A stretch of DNA of 28,291 bases from a bacterium (GTDB taxonomy: Bacteria; DUMJ01): positions 1 to 28,291 of the forward strand of contig JBMFMV010000018.1 in NCBI GenBank assembly GCA_049970495.1. The letters run 5' to 3'. Every line of letters starts with the position of its first letter. The stretch's first letter is position 1. Below, one piece after another: positions 1-9,536 of the stretch. The translations under genes were made by a program, and so were the position numbers. The notes beneath the pieces are model-generated. The model saw nothing but the letters and a program-made list of their open reading frames with translations, made no database searches and had not been told where the DNA came from.

Positions 1-814
1 CATAGAAGGAACCAACTATAGATGCTACAGTCCCAACAGCTATTAGAATGAGGGGATATAAAACGGCATTAAGAGAGAGCTCTTTAGAGAAAGATACAAG
101 CCCTATAACCATTGCTGCGATAACTGCTCCTACATAGGATTCAAATAGATCTGCACCCATTCCAGCAACATCTCCAACATTATCTCCAACGTTATCCGCT
201 ATAACTCCTGCATTTCTTGGGTCATCTTCAGGTATATTCTTTTCTACTTTTCCCACCAAGTCTGACCCTACATCCGCACTCTTTGTATATATACCTCCTC
301 CTACACGAGCAAATAAAGCTACTGAGCTAGCGCCCATTCCAAATGCATTTATGATATTTGGGTCTTTAAAGATTAAGTAGGCTATGGAAAGACCAAATAC
401 TCCAAGGCCTGCAACTGCAAGACCCATCACTGAACCACCAGTAAAGGCCACCCTTAATGCTTGAGCTTGTCCCTTTTTGGCTGCTTCTGTAGTTCTTACG
501 TTAGCTCTGGTTGCAGCCTGCATACCAAACCAACCAGCAAATATAGATGATACACTACCCATAACATATGCAATAGCGCTATATGGGTTGATAAATATAG
601 CAAGTGCTGCAGCCATGACAATAATAAAGTAAACGAGAGTCATATATTCTCTCTTTAAAAATGCTACTGCCCCCTCATGTATGGCGGATGCTATTTCTCG
701 CATCCTCTCCGTACCTGCTGGCTGTTTTGTTACCCAGAAGTAAAAATAATATGCCAACAGTAATGTCCCACCTCCTATTATCGTAGAAAACGCTAATAAG
801 GTGTTACTACTCAT
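1..814 (-). CDS. hppA: Membrane-bound cation-translocating pyrophosphatase, 5' part (~271 codons; runs off window start)
   Basis: Not in ORF track. Manual translation from ATG 814 (RBS AAGGAG 825-830): MSSNTLLAF...AGTERMREIASAIHEGAVAFLKREY...GGGIYTKSADVGSDLVGKVEKNIPEDDPRNAGVIADNVGDNVGDVAGMGADLFESY, the hallmark mPPase motifs. Confidence 0.96.
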   Translation of the reverse strand, partial: MSSNTLLAFSTIIGGGTLLLAYYFYFWVTKQPAGTERMREIASAIHEGAVAFLKREYMTLVYFIIVMAAALAIFINPYSAIAYVMGSVSSIFAGWFGMQAATRANVRTTEAAKKGQAQALRVAFTGGSVMGLAVAGLGVFGLSIAYLIFKDPNIINAFGMGASSVALFARVGGGIYTKSADVGSDLVGKVEKNIPEDDPRNAGVIADNVGDNVGDVAGMGADLFESYVGAVIAAMVIGLVSFSKELSLNAVLYPLILIAVGTVASIVGSFY

Positions 815-835
815 ACAACTATCACTCCTTTCTCT

Positions 836-1474
836 CTAGGATTTTACTGATTTAGGGTTTTGCTTTTGATAATGTCTTTTGTTTAGCTCTCTATATATTT
901 CTTGGGGAGCTACCTCTAATTTGGCTAGTAAGACTAACGTATGATAGAAAAGGTCAGAAATCTCATAAACTACCTCATCTTTATTATCTTTCATCCCTGC
1001 TAATAAGACTTCCACTATTTCTTCACCAATCTTTTTAAGAATCCTTTCTCTTCCTTCTTCTAGAAGTCGAGAGGTATAAGAATCTTCTGTAGGGTTAAAC
1101 TTTCTAGATAGAATTATCTCATATAGCCTATCTAGGTTAAATCTGGTATATTCTTTAGAGTAAATCTCTTGAAAAAAGCAACTTAAATGTCCTGTATGAC
1201 AAGCTACTCCTTTTTGTTCTACTATTACAAGCAGCGCATCTCCATCACAGTCTAATCTAATCTCTTTTACTTTTTGTATATTACCACTAGTCTCCCCCTT
1301 ATTCCATAGCTTTTGTCTCTCTCTACTCCAAAACCATGTAGTCCCTGTCTCTATGGTCCTTTTCAAAGATTCCTCATTCATATAACCCAACATAAGGACT
1401 TCTCCGGAATTAGCCTCCTGGATAATGGCGGGGATTAATCCATCCTTATCGAACTTTATATTAGATAAGTTTAT
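836..1474 (-). CDS. hisIE: Bifunctional phosphoribosyl-AMP cyclohydrolase / phosphoribosyl-ATP pyrophosphatase; 5' end uncertain (no ATG/GTG/TTG upstream of 1393)
   Basis: [29 protein letters not shown] and KKIGEE motifs. The conserved HisI N-terminus [22 protein letters not shown] is encoded in frame at 1456-1391, upstream of the ORF-track start. Confidence 0.93.
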   Translation of the reverse strand: MNLSNIKFDKDGLIPAIIQEANSGEVLMLGYMNEESLKRTIETGTTWFWSRERQKLWNKGETSGNIQKVKEIRLDCDGDALLVIVEQKGVACHTGHLSCFFQEIYSKEYTRFNLDRLYEIILSRKFNPTEDSYTSRLLEEGRERILKKIGEEIVEVLLAGMKDNKDEVVYEISDLFYHTLVLLAKLEVAPQEIYRELNKRHYQKQNPKSVKS

Positions 1475-2232
1475 AGTCGTACCGGGATCCCTTCCTTTTT
1501 TAGATATTCTTTTATCTCTTTTACCGTGTACTTTTTGTAGTGTAATAGAGAAGCAATCAATGCAGCACTGGCTTTTCCATCCTTTAATACGTCTCTTATG
1601 TGCTCTAAGTTCCCAGCACCGCCTGAGGCTATTACAGGTATATTAACCATTTCTACTACAGCCTTGGTAAGAGTTATATCGTATCCTTGTTGTGTTCCAT
1701 CGGCATCTATACTTGTAAGCAGTATTTCCCCTGCGCCCAGTCTTTCCACCTCTTTAGCCCAACTTACTGCTTCTAGATTGGTAGGTGTAGTTCCCCCATT
1801 GATGTAAACTCTCCAGCCCCCCATATTTTCATCTCTTTTTGCATCTATAGCTACAACAATACACTGTGAACCAAAGATCTCCGATGCTTCTTTTATAAAA
1901 GATGGATTTCTTACTGCCTGTGTATTTATGGATACCTTATCTGCACCTGATCTTAATATCTCTCTTATTTCTTCTACGCTACCTATACCACCTCCTACTG
2001 TAAAGGGGATAAATACCTTAGAAGCTGTTCTTCTGACAAGTTCTACAATAGTTCTTCTTCTTTCAATAGAAGCAGTTATATCTAAGAATACTAATTCATC
2101 TGCTCCTTCTTTATCATAGTATTCCGCTAATTCTACTGGGTCTCCTGCATCTTTAAGGTCTATAAAATGTGTCCCTTTTACAACCCTGCCATCTTTTACA
2201 TCAAGACAGGGTATTATCCGCTTAGTGAGCAT
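1471..2232 (-). CDS. hisF: Imidazole glycerol phosphate synthase cyclase subunit
   Basis: [48 protein letters not shown] motifs. Confidence 0.98.
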   Translation of the reverse strand: MLTKRIIPCLDVKDGRVVKGTHFIDLKDAGDPVELAEYYDKEGADELVFLDITASIERRRTIVELVRRTASKVFIPFTVGGGIGSVEEIREILRSGADKVSINTQAVRNPSFIKEASEIFGSQCIVVAIDAKRDENMGGWRVYINGGTTPTNLEAVSWAKEVERLGAGEILLTSIDADGTQQGYDITLTKAVVEMVNIPVIASGGAGNLEHIRDVLKDGKASAALIASLLHYKKYTVKEIKEYLKKEGIPVRL

Positions 2233-2935
2233 ATTTTATCGCCTCTTCCAGACTGATTTTACCTTCATAGAGTGCCTTACCTATAATAGCACCTATAGCA
2301 CCAGCTTCCTTTACATTTCTTACATCTTCTATAGAACCTATACCTCCAGAGGCTATAGTTGCTACATTTACAGATGTTATAAATCTCTTTAATCCTTCTA
2401 TATCTGGGCTACATAGAGTTCCATCTCTTTCTATGTTAGTATAAATGAATTCTTTAACCCCAAGGTCTCTAAACTTTTTGCCAATTTCTATATAGCTAAG
2501 TCCTGTGTTTCTTAGCCATCCATGTATGAGAACTTTTTCATCCTTTACATCTAGACTTACTATAATATTTTCCCGATACCTTAATAGAGCCTTCTCTAGA
2601 AATTTCTCGTCTTCAAATACTATACTCCCGAGAATTACTTTTCTAGCCCCATATTCTATATAATTCTCGATATTTTCTAAAGATCTAATTCCTCCACCAA
2701 TCTGCACTGGTACTTTTACTGACTTTATTATCTTTAGTATGATATCCTTATTTACTAGTTTACCCGATACTGCACCATCTAGGTCTACTATATGTATCCT
2801 ATCAGCCCCTCTATTCTCCCACTCTTTAGCTACTGCTATAGGGTCATCACTATAGGTGACCTTCTTACTAAACTCACCTTTAGTAAGTCTTACGCACTTT
2901 CCTTCTATTATATCTATAGCTGGTATTATTTCCAT
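2222..2935 (-). CDS. hisA: ProFAR isomerase
   Basis: [31 protein letters not shown] motifs; his operon context. Confidence 0.97.
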   Translation of the reverse strand: MEIIPAIDIIEGKCVRLTKGEFSKKVTYSDDPIAVAKEWENRGADRIHIVDLDGAVSGKLVNKDIILKIIKSVKVPVQIGGGIRSLENIENYIEYGARKVILGSIVFEDEKFLEKALLRYRENIIVSLDVKDEKVLIHGWLRNTGLSYIEIGKKFRDLGVKEFIYTNIERDGTLCSPDIEGLKRFITSVNVATIASGGIGSIEDVRNVKEAGAIGAIIGKALYEGKISLEEAIKYAH

Positions 2936-3536
2936 AGACGATTCCTAGAAAATTTTTATAAACCTTTAGTCCCTCACTACTACTCTTTTCGGGATGAAAC
3001 TGAACGGCGAATATATTATCCTGACATATAACGGAGGGAAATTCAATCCCATACTCTGTTATACCACATATAGAGTCTTTATTTAATGGTTCTCCATAAT
3101 AAGAATGTACAAAGTAAAAGAAACAATCATTCTTGATCCCTCTAAAGATAGGAGTATCTCTTATTATCCTAACCTGATTCCAACCTATATGTGGTAGTGG
3201 AAGAGTATCTGGGAGTCTTTTTACTATACCTTTTATAAGCCCTAATCCTTTGGCTTCAGGGGATTCTTCGCTCTCTTCGAAGAGAAGTTGTAGACCAAGA
3301 CAGACTCCAAGGAGTGGTACCCCTCTATCTGCAGCTATTTTAATGACTTTACAGAGATTCTTCTCTTCTAGTAGTCTCATCCCCCAACCAAAGGCTCCTA
3401 CTCCTGGAAGAACTAATCCCCTTGCCTCAAGGATATTATTAGGATTATCTGAGATAACCACATGAGCACCAAAATATTCTAACGCCTTTTTTACACTGAA
3501 TAAATTACCTGCTCCATAGTCTATTATGGTAATCAA
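2880..3536 (-). CDS. hisH: Imidazole glycerol phosphate synthase glutaminase subunit (TTG start)
   Basis: IIDYGAGNL, LPGVGAF, GVCLGLQ, YFVHSY, QFHPEKS class I amidotransferase motifs. Confidence 0.97.
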   Translation of the reverse strand: MITIIDYGAGNLFSVKKALEYFGAHVVISDNPNNILEARGLVLPGVGAFGWGMRLLEEKNLCKVIKIAADRGVPLLGVCLGLQLLFEESEESPEAKGLGLIKGIVKRLPDTLPLPHIGWNQVRIIRDTPIFRGIKNDCFFYFVHSYYGEPLNKDSICGITEYGIEFPSVICQDNIFAVQFHPEKSSSEGLKVYKNFLGIVYGNNTSYRYNRRKVRKTY

Positions 3537-3539
3537 GAC

Positions 3540-4115
3540 TTACAGAACTCCTTTGGTGGAAAGAATATCATCTGTTTTCTTTACAGCTTCTCTTAAAGAG
3601 AGACCTAAAGATTTCATAAGACACTCAGCTGTATGGTGAGAGTTATTACCTCTGAGCTTTAAAATATGGAGGGTCATCTTACTATTCATAGCAAAAGCCT
3701 TTAAGAATTCTATCAGCCATTCTGTCTGGAATGTCCCTATAAAGCTATCGGTAAACAAATCATTAGTTTCAAAATACGGCCTTCCACTAATATCAATACT
3801 TGAGATTATTAGTGCATCATCCATAGGAGTAATAGAATATCCAAATCTTGCAATTTTAAAGTCTCCTAGAGCCTTATTAAGAGCAGAACCCAAAACAATC
3901 CCTACATCTTCACATAGATGATGTCCATCTACATCTAAATCTCCGTTAGCGGTAAGTTCTATATCAAATCTACTATAGAGAGTAAAAGAGATAAGAAGAT
4001 GATTAAAAAAACCTATCTTAGTATCTATATTACCTTTGCCAGTTCCGTCTATATTCAAATTTATCCTTATATCTGTCTCTCTAGTCGTTCTACTTATTGA
4101 AATCTCTCTAGGCAT
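3540..4115 (-). CDS. hisB: Imidazoleglycerol-phosphate dehydratase
   Basis: RTTRETDI, GDLDVDGHHLCEDVG, NSHHTAE, STKGVL motifs. Start placed at ATG 4115 (AGGA upstream) rather than 4136. Confidence 0.96.
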   Translation of the reverse strand: MPREISISRTTRETDIRINLNIDGTGKGNIDTKIGFFNHLLISFTLYSRFDIELTANGDLDVDGHHLCEDVGIVLGSALNKALGDFKIARFGYSITPMDDALIISSIDISGRPYFETNDLFTDSFIGTFQTEWLIEFLKAFAMNSKMTLHILKLRGNNSHHTAECLMKSLGLSLREAVKKTDDILSTKGVL

Positions 4116-4145
4116 AATATATGTCTTCCTATACACACTTAAGGT

Positions 4146-4174
4146 ATTATACTATAAATCCAAAGATAAGACAA
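4146..4174 (-). promoter_or_regulatory. Sigma70-type promoter for hisBHAF-IE
   Basis: TTGTCT (4174-4169), 17 bp, TATAAT (4151-4146). Confidence 0.7.
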
Positions 4175-4175
4175 C

Positions 4176-5318
4176 TTAGCAAAGAGTAAGCGCCTTAATC
4201 AATCCCCCAATTTGATAAGAGACCCATTCCAATTGTCTCTTCGTATTTCTTATAGATTCTTCTAGGGTTATAGGTCCTCTTGTGATTGAGAATAACGCAT
4301 CTACTAGCCCTTCTTTTATCAGTATATCAGCATCTTCATCTACAGCTCCACCTAATAATATTACAGGGATTGACCTTTCTTTAGCCTTCTTTGCTATTCC
4401 TGCAGGTCCTTTACCAAATATTGTCTGTCCGTCTATTTTACCTTCACCGCTTATAACTATATCCACTCCTTTTAGCTTTTCTTCTATATCCAGCGTCTCC
4501 AACACTACGTCAATTCCCGGTCTTAGTTGGGCATTTAAGAAGGCAACTAAACCCCCTCCTAAACCACCCGCTGCTCCAGCACCTGGGAGGTTTAATATAT
4601 CCTTATTCAAGTCTCTCTTAATTATTTGGGCAAAATTAAACAATGCCTTGTCTAGTTCTTCTATTAATTCTTTAGTTCCACCTTTCTGTGGTCCATATAC
4701 GTATGAAGCCCCTTCAGGTCCACAGAGGGGATTTTTTACATCTGCCATCACTATAACTTCGCACTGTTTTGCTAAAGGATGGAAATTACTCATATCAATA
4801 GAAACAAGATCTCTAAGTGCTAATCCTCCAAACGGCAATTCCCTGCCTTCTTTATCTAAGAGTCTTACCCCTAAAGCCTGTGCCATTCCAGCCCCACCAT
4901 CATTAGTGGAACTCCCGCCTATCCCTACTAATATCCTTTTTACACCTCTCTCTAGAGCTTCTTTTATAAGTTCTCCTACTCCATATGTTGTAGTAATGGC
5001 AGGGTTTCTCTTCTCTTTTGGAACTAGGGCTAAACCAGAAACTCTTGCCATTTCTATAACCGCTGTCTTTCCATCACCGAGAATTCCAAATTTGGCTTTT
5101 ATCTTCTCTCCTAAAGGTCCAGTTACTTCTTTTTCTATAAATTGCCCATTAGTGGCTTCTACTAAGACCTCGATAGTTCCATCCCCCCCGTCTGCTATTG
5201 GGAGAACTACAATAGCACTATTAGGGAGGGCTTTTAAAAGCCCTCCCTTTATAGCCTCCCCAGCCTCTCTGGCTGAGAGGGCTTCCTTAAATGCATTAGG
5301 AGCTACTAGTATTTTCAT
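4176..5318 (-). CDS. glxK: Glycerate kinase (GlxK/GarK family)
   Basis: [57 protein letters not shown] motifs. Confidence 0.95.
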   Translation of the reverse strand: MKILVAPNAFKEALSAREAGEAIKGGLLKALPNSAIVVLPIADGGDGTIEVLVEATNGQFIEKEVTGPLGEKIKAKFGILGDGKTAVIEMARVSGLALVPKEKRNPAITTTYGVGELIKEALERGVKRILVGIGGSSTNDGGAGMAQALGVRLLDKEGRELPFGGLALRDLVSIDMSNFHPLAKQCEVIVMADVKNPLCGPEGASYVYGPQKGGTKELIEELDKALFNFAQIIKRDLNKDILNLPGAGAAGGLGGGLVAFLNAQLRPGIDVVLETLDIEEKLKGVDIVISGEGKIDGQTIFGKGPAGIAKKAKERSIPVILLGGAVDEDADILIKEGLVDALFSITRGPITLEESIRNTKRQLEWVSYQIGGLIKALTLC

Positions 5319-6289
5319 TTCTTTAGCACTTCTGGATTTACCGGATTTGGAGGTGTCTTCCCCGCTAAGACAGCTAGGAGATTCTCAGCCGCCATTGTGG
5401 CCATCTTAGTCCTTGTTTCTACACTTGCGCTAGCTATATGGGGAAGTAGTACAGTATTTTCGCATTCAGCCAGTCCTGGAACAAGTTTAGGCTCGAACTC
5501 ATAGACATCTAAACCGGCTCCTGCTATCCATCCTTCTTTCAAAGCTTTTACTAGTGCATTTTCATCTACCACAGGACCCCTAGATGTATTTATAAGATAG
5601 GCAGTCTTTTTCATCTTCCTTAATCTTTCTTCATTTATCAGGTGATATGTCTCAGGAGATAGATAGGTATGGAGAGAAACAAAGTCGCTCTGTTCTAAAA
5701 GTTCATCTAGAGATACAAATGTGGCGTTAAGTTCCTTTTCAAGCTCTTCAGGGATTCTTCTTATATCATTGTATAAAACCTTCATATTAAACCCCTTTGC
5801 CCTTCTTGCTACAGCTTGTCCAATCCTTCCCATCCCTACAATACCTAGTGTCTTTCCATAGACATCCTGGCCAAGGAAAAGCATAGGGGCCCAGCCTTCA
5901 TACTTTCCTGCTCTTGTAAATTTATCTGCCTCCACTATTCTTCTGGCAGTAGCTAAAATGAGAGCCCAGGCTAGGTCTGCTGTAGTTTCAGTAAGGACTC
6001 CTGGCGTATTAGTTACTACTATTCCTCTCTTTGTTGCCTCATTTACGTCTATATTATCATATCCTACTGCATAGTTACTTACGACCTTTAGTTGGGGACC
6101 TGCAGCATCGAATACCTCTGCATCAATCTTATCAGTCAAAAGGCATAGGATACCATCCTTACCCTTTACTGCTTGAAGCAATTCTTCTCTAGTTAATACT
6201 CTGTCATATGGATTTACTTCTACTTCATGTTCTTTTCTAATCATCTCTATTCCAGGCTCTGGAATTCTTCTTGTTATGTAAACTTTCAA
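5315..6289 (-). CDS. D-glycerate dehydrogenase / glyoxylate-hydroxypyruvate reductase (D-2-hydroxyacid dehydrogenase family)
   Basis: [51 protein letters not shown]. Probable TTG start at 6289, 6 nt after GGAGGTG (track start GTG 6298 lies within the RBS). Confidence 0.92.
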   Translation of the reverse strand: MKVYITRRIPEPGIEMIRKEHEVEVNPYDRVLTREELLQAVKGKDGILCLLTDKIDAEVFDAAGPQLKVVSNYAVGYDNIDVNEATKRGIVVTNTPGVLTETTADLAWALILATARRIVEADKFTRAGKYEGWAPMLFLGQDVYGKTLGIVGMGRIGQAVARRAKGFNMKVLYNDIRRIPEELEKELNATFVSLDELLEQSDFVSLHTYLSPETYHLINEERLRKMKKTAYLINTSRGPVVDENALVKALKEGWIAGAGLDVYEFEPKLVPGLAECENTVLLPHIASASVETRTKMATMAAENLLAVLAGKTPPNPVNPEVLKK

Positions 6290-6301
6290 TACATTCACCT
6301 C

Positions 6302-7648
6302 CTAGCTTAATAAGAATCCTGATGATGATATTATATCACCTAGACCTACGGTAAGTTTGGGTGACTGAACAACTTTAGTAGGTACTATTATCAGATTAAA
6401 GTTATTTATCCTTTTAATACCTTCATAACCTGTTAGTGTAATAGTCGGAACTTCTAATCCCTTCTTTAGGTCTTCTAGAGTCTCATATCTGCCGAGTAAA
6501 GATCTTGTAGCAGCAAGGATAGCAGAGAATAGAAGGGCAGTTCTTTCATTAATCTCATTCTTCTCTCTAGTAATAGATATATAGTGTCCTAGTGTATGCA
6601 GTTGGATCCTCTTTAAAGGGATCCTCTCCATAACCTTTAGTAAACCATCTATAAGTTTTACTATAGGAAATTTAGAATCTTTAAGCTCCTTTGATAGTTC
6701 CTGTTCCCCAATATCATTGAGTAGTGTTGCAAACTCAATCTCGTTTAATCCAAGGCTATCTATTATAGGGAATATGTGTTTTGCTACTAGCCTTCTTATT
6801 ATAGGGCTTCCAATAGAGGCAAATTCATAATGGACTCTTAGTCCTAGTTTTTCTTTCATTTGGCTTACAAATTCGGCTACTGGAACAATAAAGTCCTCGC
6901 AGGTTTTACCTTCAGGGTATTTCTCTAAGAGGATATGAAAACCGGACACCAAAAAGTGTGTAAACTTATCTGGTATAAGGAATATATCTCTTTTGAATTC
7001 TTCAGCTACCCTTAATCTACAATTGACAGGATTCCATGCTGCGATAAATCTATTAGCTCTAGGAGCTTCTATTAACAAGTTATCTAACTCTAATCTCAGT
7101 CCCCTACTATATTCTAATATCCAGTGTATAGCAAATATACCCTGATCTTTCCATGCCTTTCTAGGAGACTTGAGAACTGGCTTTTCATCATCTCTGGTTA
7201 GGACAAAGAGATTTTCTCTCTCAGGGAAAAGTTCAGCCAATTCTTTAGTAAGCGGATTTGCATATACTAGGATCTTACTCAATGGTAGTGGTGATAATAG
7301 ACTGGCCATATTAGCAGAGGTTCCTCCTAATCTTAGTTGGTCATAACCAATGTTTTCTAAAGCCCACTTAAATGTCTCCTCATTCTCTATCATCCTTTGA
7401 TAGGCTAGTCCCTCTCTAATAGATATAAGGAGATCGGTAATAAGGTCTTCTGGTGTTCTTATGACCGATGTTGGTTCGTTAGGGATATCTTTTATATGTG
7501 GAAATTGATCTAATAATCTTTTTAGGAGTATCTCATCTACCCTCTTTAATCCATCTATAGTTGAATGGAATCCGGTAATTACTCCTGGAATCCTCTGTAG
7601 CTTCTTCCAACCTTCCTCTAATGCTCCTCTATAGAGCTCTTCCCACAT
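6302..7648 (-). CDS. ADP-dependent glucokinase/phosphofructokinase family sugar kinase
   Basis: 448 aa; RLGGTSANMA, IHWILEY..G, APRANRFI, SGFH, SLGLNEIE (NExE), HTLGHY and C-terminal PKLTVGLGDIISS match the ADP-PFK/GK signature order; RBS AAGGAGG. Confidence 0.88.
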   Translation of the reverse strand: MWEELYRGALEEGWKKLQRIPGVITGFHSTIDGLKRVDEILLKRLLDQFPHIKDIPNEPTSVIRTPEDLITDLLISIREGLAYQRMIENEETFKWALENIGYDQLRLGGTSANMASLLSPLPLSKILVYANPLTKELAELFPERENLFVLTRDDEKPVLKSPRKAWKDQGIFAIHWILEYSRGLRLELDNLLIEAPRANRFIAAWNPVNCRLRVAEEFKRDIFLIPDKFTHFLVSGFHILLEKYPEGKTCEDFIVPVAEFVSQMKEKLGLRVHYEFASIGSPIIRRLVAKHIFPIIDSLGLNEIEFATLLNDIGEQELSKELKDSKFPIVKLIDGLLKVMERIPLKRIQLHTLGHYISITREKNEINERTALLFSAILAATRSLLGRYETLEDLKKGLEVPTITLTGYEGIKRINNFNLIIVPTKVVQSPKLTVGLGDIISSSGFLLS

Positions 7649-8498
7649 TGTTTAAAGCCTCCTTGTATGCCTCTTCGGAAGGATAGTTTTCATGAAGGAT
7701 GAGTTTCATAGCTAGAGCCATTACTTCTGGTTTCTCACTTAAGAATACGTTCCTACCAACAACAAAACCACTAGCTCCTGCCCTTATCCCATCTTCAAAA
7801 TCTCTTAAAACATCTAGAGGATTATCGCGTTTGGGACCTCCTAAGAGCAAGACTTTTGCATTTACACTATCTACTATTCTCTTAAACTGTTCTATACCTT
7901 CCTCTCTAGAATTAGACTTGACATAAGGAATTTTGAGAATAGGCACTCTAAAATCATTGGTTATTATAGAAACCCACTTTATTGCCTCATAGGACCTATC
8001 CATAGTTAATTTTCCATCTTCTAGGTTCATATATAGAGGTTCTACCATAAGGGGCATAGACCATTTCTCACATTCTTCCACAACATTGGTAAGTAGAGTT
8101 AGTTGGTCATTGGTGAGTCGATTATTTTTGTTAAACTTTATAAGGAGCTTTACACCATCAAGACCCCATCTAAGGGCGGTCTCTACCGTGCAGACAAGTC
8201 TATCGTCCATTTCAAATCTTGTCCCAGCTAGGCCTGTCCTATTAAGGCTTAGAACTAGTCCTTTGCCTCTTAAGTTACCATTGACTATAAGTTGGGCTAG
8301 CGGTTCTTTTGTAGTCATTATAGCATCAAGATAGGGTGATAGTCTTTCTATAAGGGAGATTAAATCGCTAAAGTTGTCTATCCCTTCTTGGATACCTCGC
8401 TGTCTATGGTCTATGGCCAAGACCATAGCCTTTCCATCTTTTGGAAAGATGCGAGATATCCTATTGGTTATTCCTATATCATAGAAAAGTGACTCCAT
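7629..8498 (-). CDS. Class I (DeoC/LacD/FbaB-like) aldolase, resembling Cgl0159-type aldolases of iol clusters
   Basis: LAIDH, PLMVEP, Schiff-base-type LKIPY, LLGG, GFVVGRN. The segment NRTGLAGTRFEMDDR is recalled as typical of iol-associated aldolases. Confidence 0.8.
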   Translation of the reverse strand: MESLFYDIGITNRISRIFPKDGKAMVLAIDHRQRGIQEGIDNFSDLISLIERLSPYLDAIMTTKEPLAQLIVNGNLRGKGLVLSLNRTGLAGTRFEMDDRLVCTVETALRWGLDGVKLLIKFNKNNRLTNDQLTLLTNVVEECEKWSMPLMVEPLYMNLEDGKLTMDRSYEAIKWVSIITNDFRVPILKIPYVKSNSREEGIEQFKRIVDSVNAKVLLLGGPKRDNPLDVLRDFEDGIRAGASGFVVGRNVFLSEKPEVMALAMKLILHENYPSEEAYKEALNNVGRAL

Positions 8499-8509
8499 CG
8501 AATTCCTCC

Positions 8510-9532
8510 TTAGTCGTTTATCACTACTGCTTTTCCAGTTCTGCTAGACTCATATACTGCAAGTATAAATTGTACAGCTCTTCTACCATCCTCTCCAGTG
8601 ATGCTAGGGGTCCTATTGTATAACACCGCTTCTGCCATGTCTTTTATCTGCGCTATATGTCCTTTTATAAAAAGGGCTCGAGGATCGCTTGAGGCGGATT
8701 CACCTTGAGAAGATAATTCTCTTTTTTCTTCTCCTTTTATTAACCAATCCCTTACAAATGGGCCTTCTACTACTACACTACCATTTGTACCATGAACTTC
8801 TATTCTCTCTTTAAAACCGGGATAACAGGCAGTTGATCCTTGAATCACTCCCAAGGCTCCATTCTTATACTTTATTATAGCTATAGCTACGTCTTCTACT
8901 TCTATATTATGTGCTAATGTTCCACAGTATGCAGTTATCTCCTTCACAGGTCCGGCAAGATAAAGTAGCTGGTCTACAAAATGTACAGACTGGTTCATTA
9001 ATGCTCCACCGCCATCTAGAGCCCAGGTACCACGCCAACCTGCACTATCATAGTATTCTTGAGTTCTCCACCACTTTACATAGGCATCAGCCATAACAAG
9101 CTTACCAAGCTTTCCAGACTCTATAGCTGACTTTAATTCTTTAATCCCTGGATCAAATCTATGCTGAGATATAACGCTAAGCTTAACTCCGGCCTCTTGA
9201 CATGCCTCTATAAGGGCATCAGCCTTTTCTAAAGTAATATCTATAGGTTTTTCTACTAAGACATGTTTTCCTGCTTTTGCTGCTTTTATCCCTAACTCTG
9301 CATGTAAACCACTGGGGACACAGATATTTATTACGTCTATATCATTTCTAGTTAGCATTTCATCGTAGTTAGTATACCAGTCCACTCCATATTTCTCTCC
9401 TAACTCTTTAGCTCTCTCTGGTATAATATCACATACAGCCTTAAGTTCTGCTATCTCTATATTCTTTATAGCTTCTGCATGAGTAGGACCTATAACTCCG
9501 CACCCAACTATACCAAATCTTACTTTATCCAT
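8510..9532 (-). CDS. Gfo/Idh/MocA family NAD(P)-dependent oxidoreductase
   Basis: GIVGCGVIG, GKHVLVEKP, WRGTWALDGGGALMNQSVHFVD. Confidence 0.93.
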   Translation of the reverse strand: MDKVRFGIVGCGVIGPTHAEAIKNIEIAELKAVCDIIPERAKELGEKYGVDWYTNYDEMLTRNDIDVINICVPSGLHAELGIKAAKAGKHVLVEKPIDITLEKADALIEACQEAGVKLSVISQHRFDPGIKELKSAIESGKLGKLVMADAYVKWWRTQEYYDSAGWRGTWALDGGGALMNQSVHFVDQLLYLAGPVKEITAYCGTLAHNIEVEDVAIAIIKYKNGALGVIQGSTACYPGFKERIEVHGTNGSVVVEGPFVRDWLIKGEEKRELSSQGESASSDPRALFIKGHIAQIKDMAEAVLYNRTPSITGEDGRRAVQFILAVYESSRTGKAVVIND

Positions 9533-9536
9533 ATTA

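Noticed and set aside
1425..3465. Short plus-strand ORFs opposite the his genes
   Set aside because: Antisense to conserved genes with no motifs; the same applies to the other short shadow ORFs in the track (7699-12185, 15463, 17375, 19704-21373, 22474, 27014-27686).
4282..5409. 375-aa plus-strand ORF
   Set aside because: Antisense shadow of the well-conserved glycerate kinase; Ser/Pro-rich, no RBS or recognisable motif.
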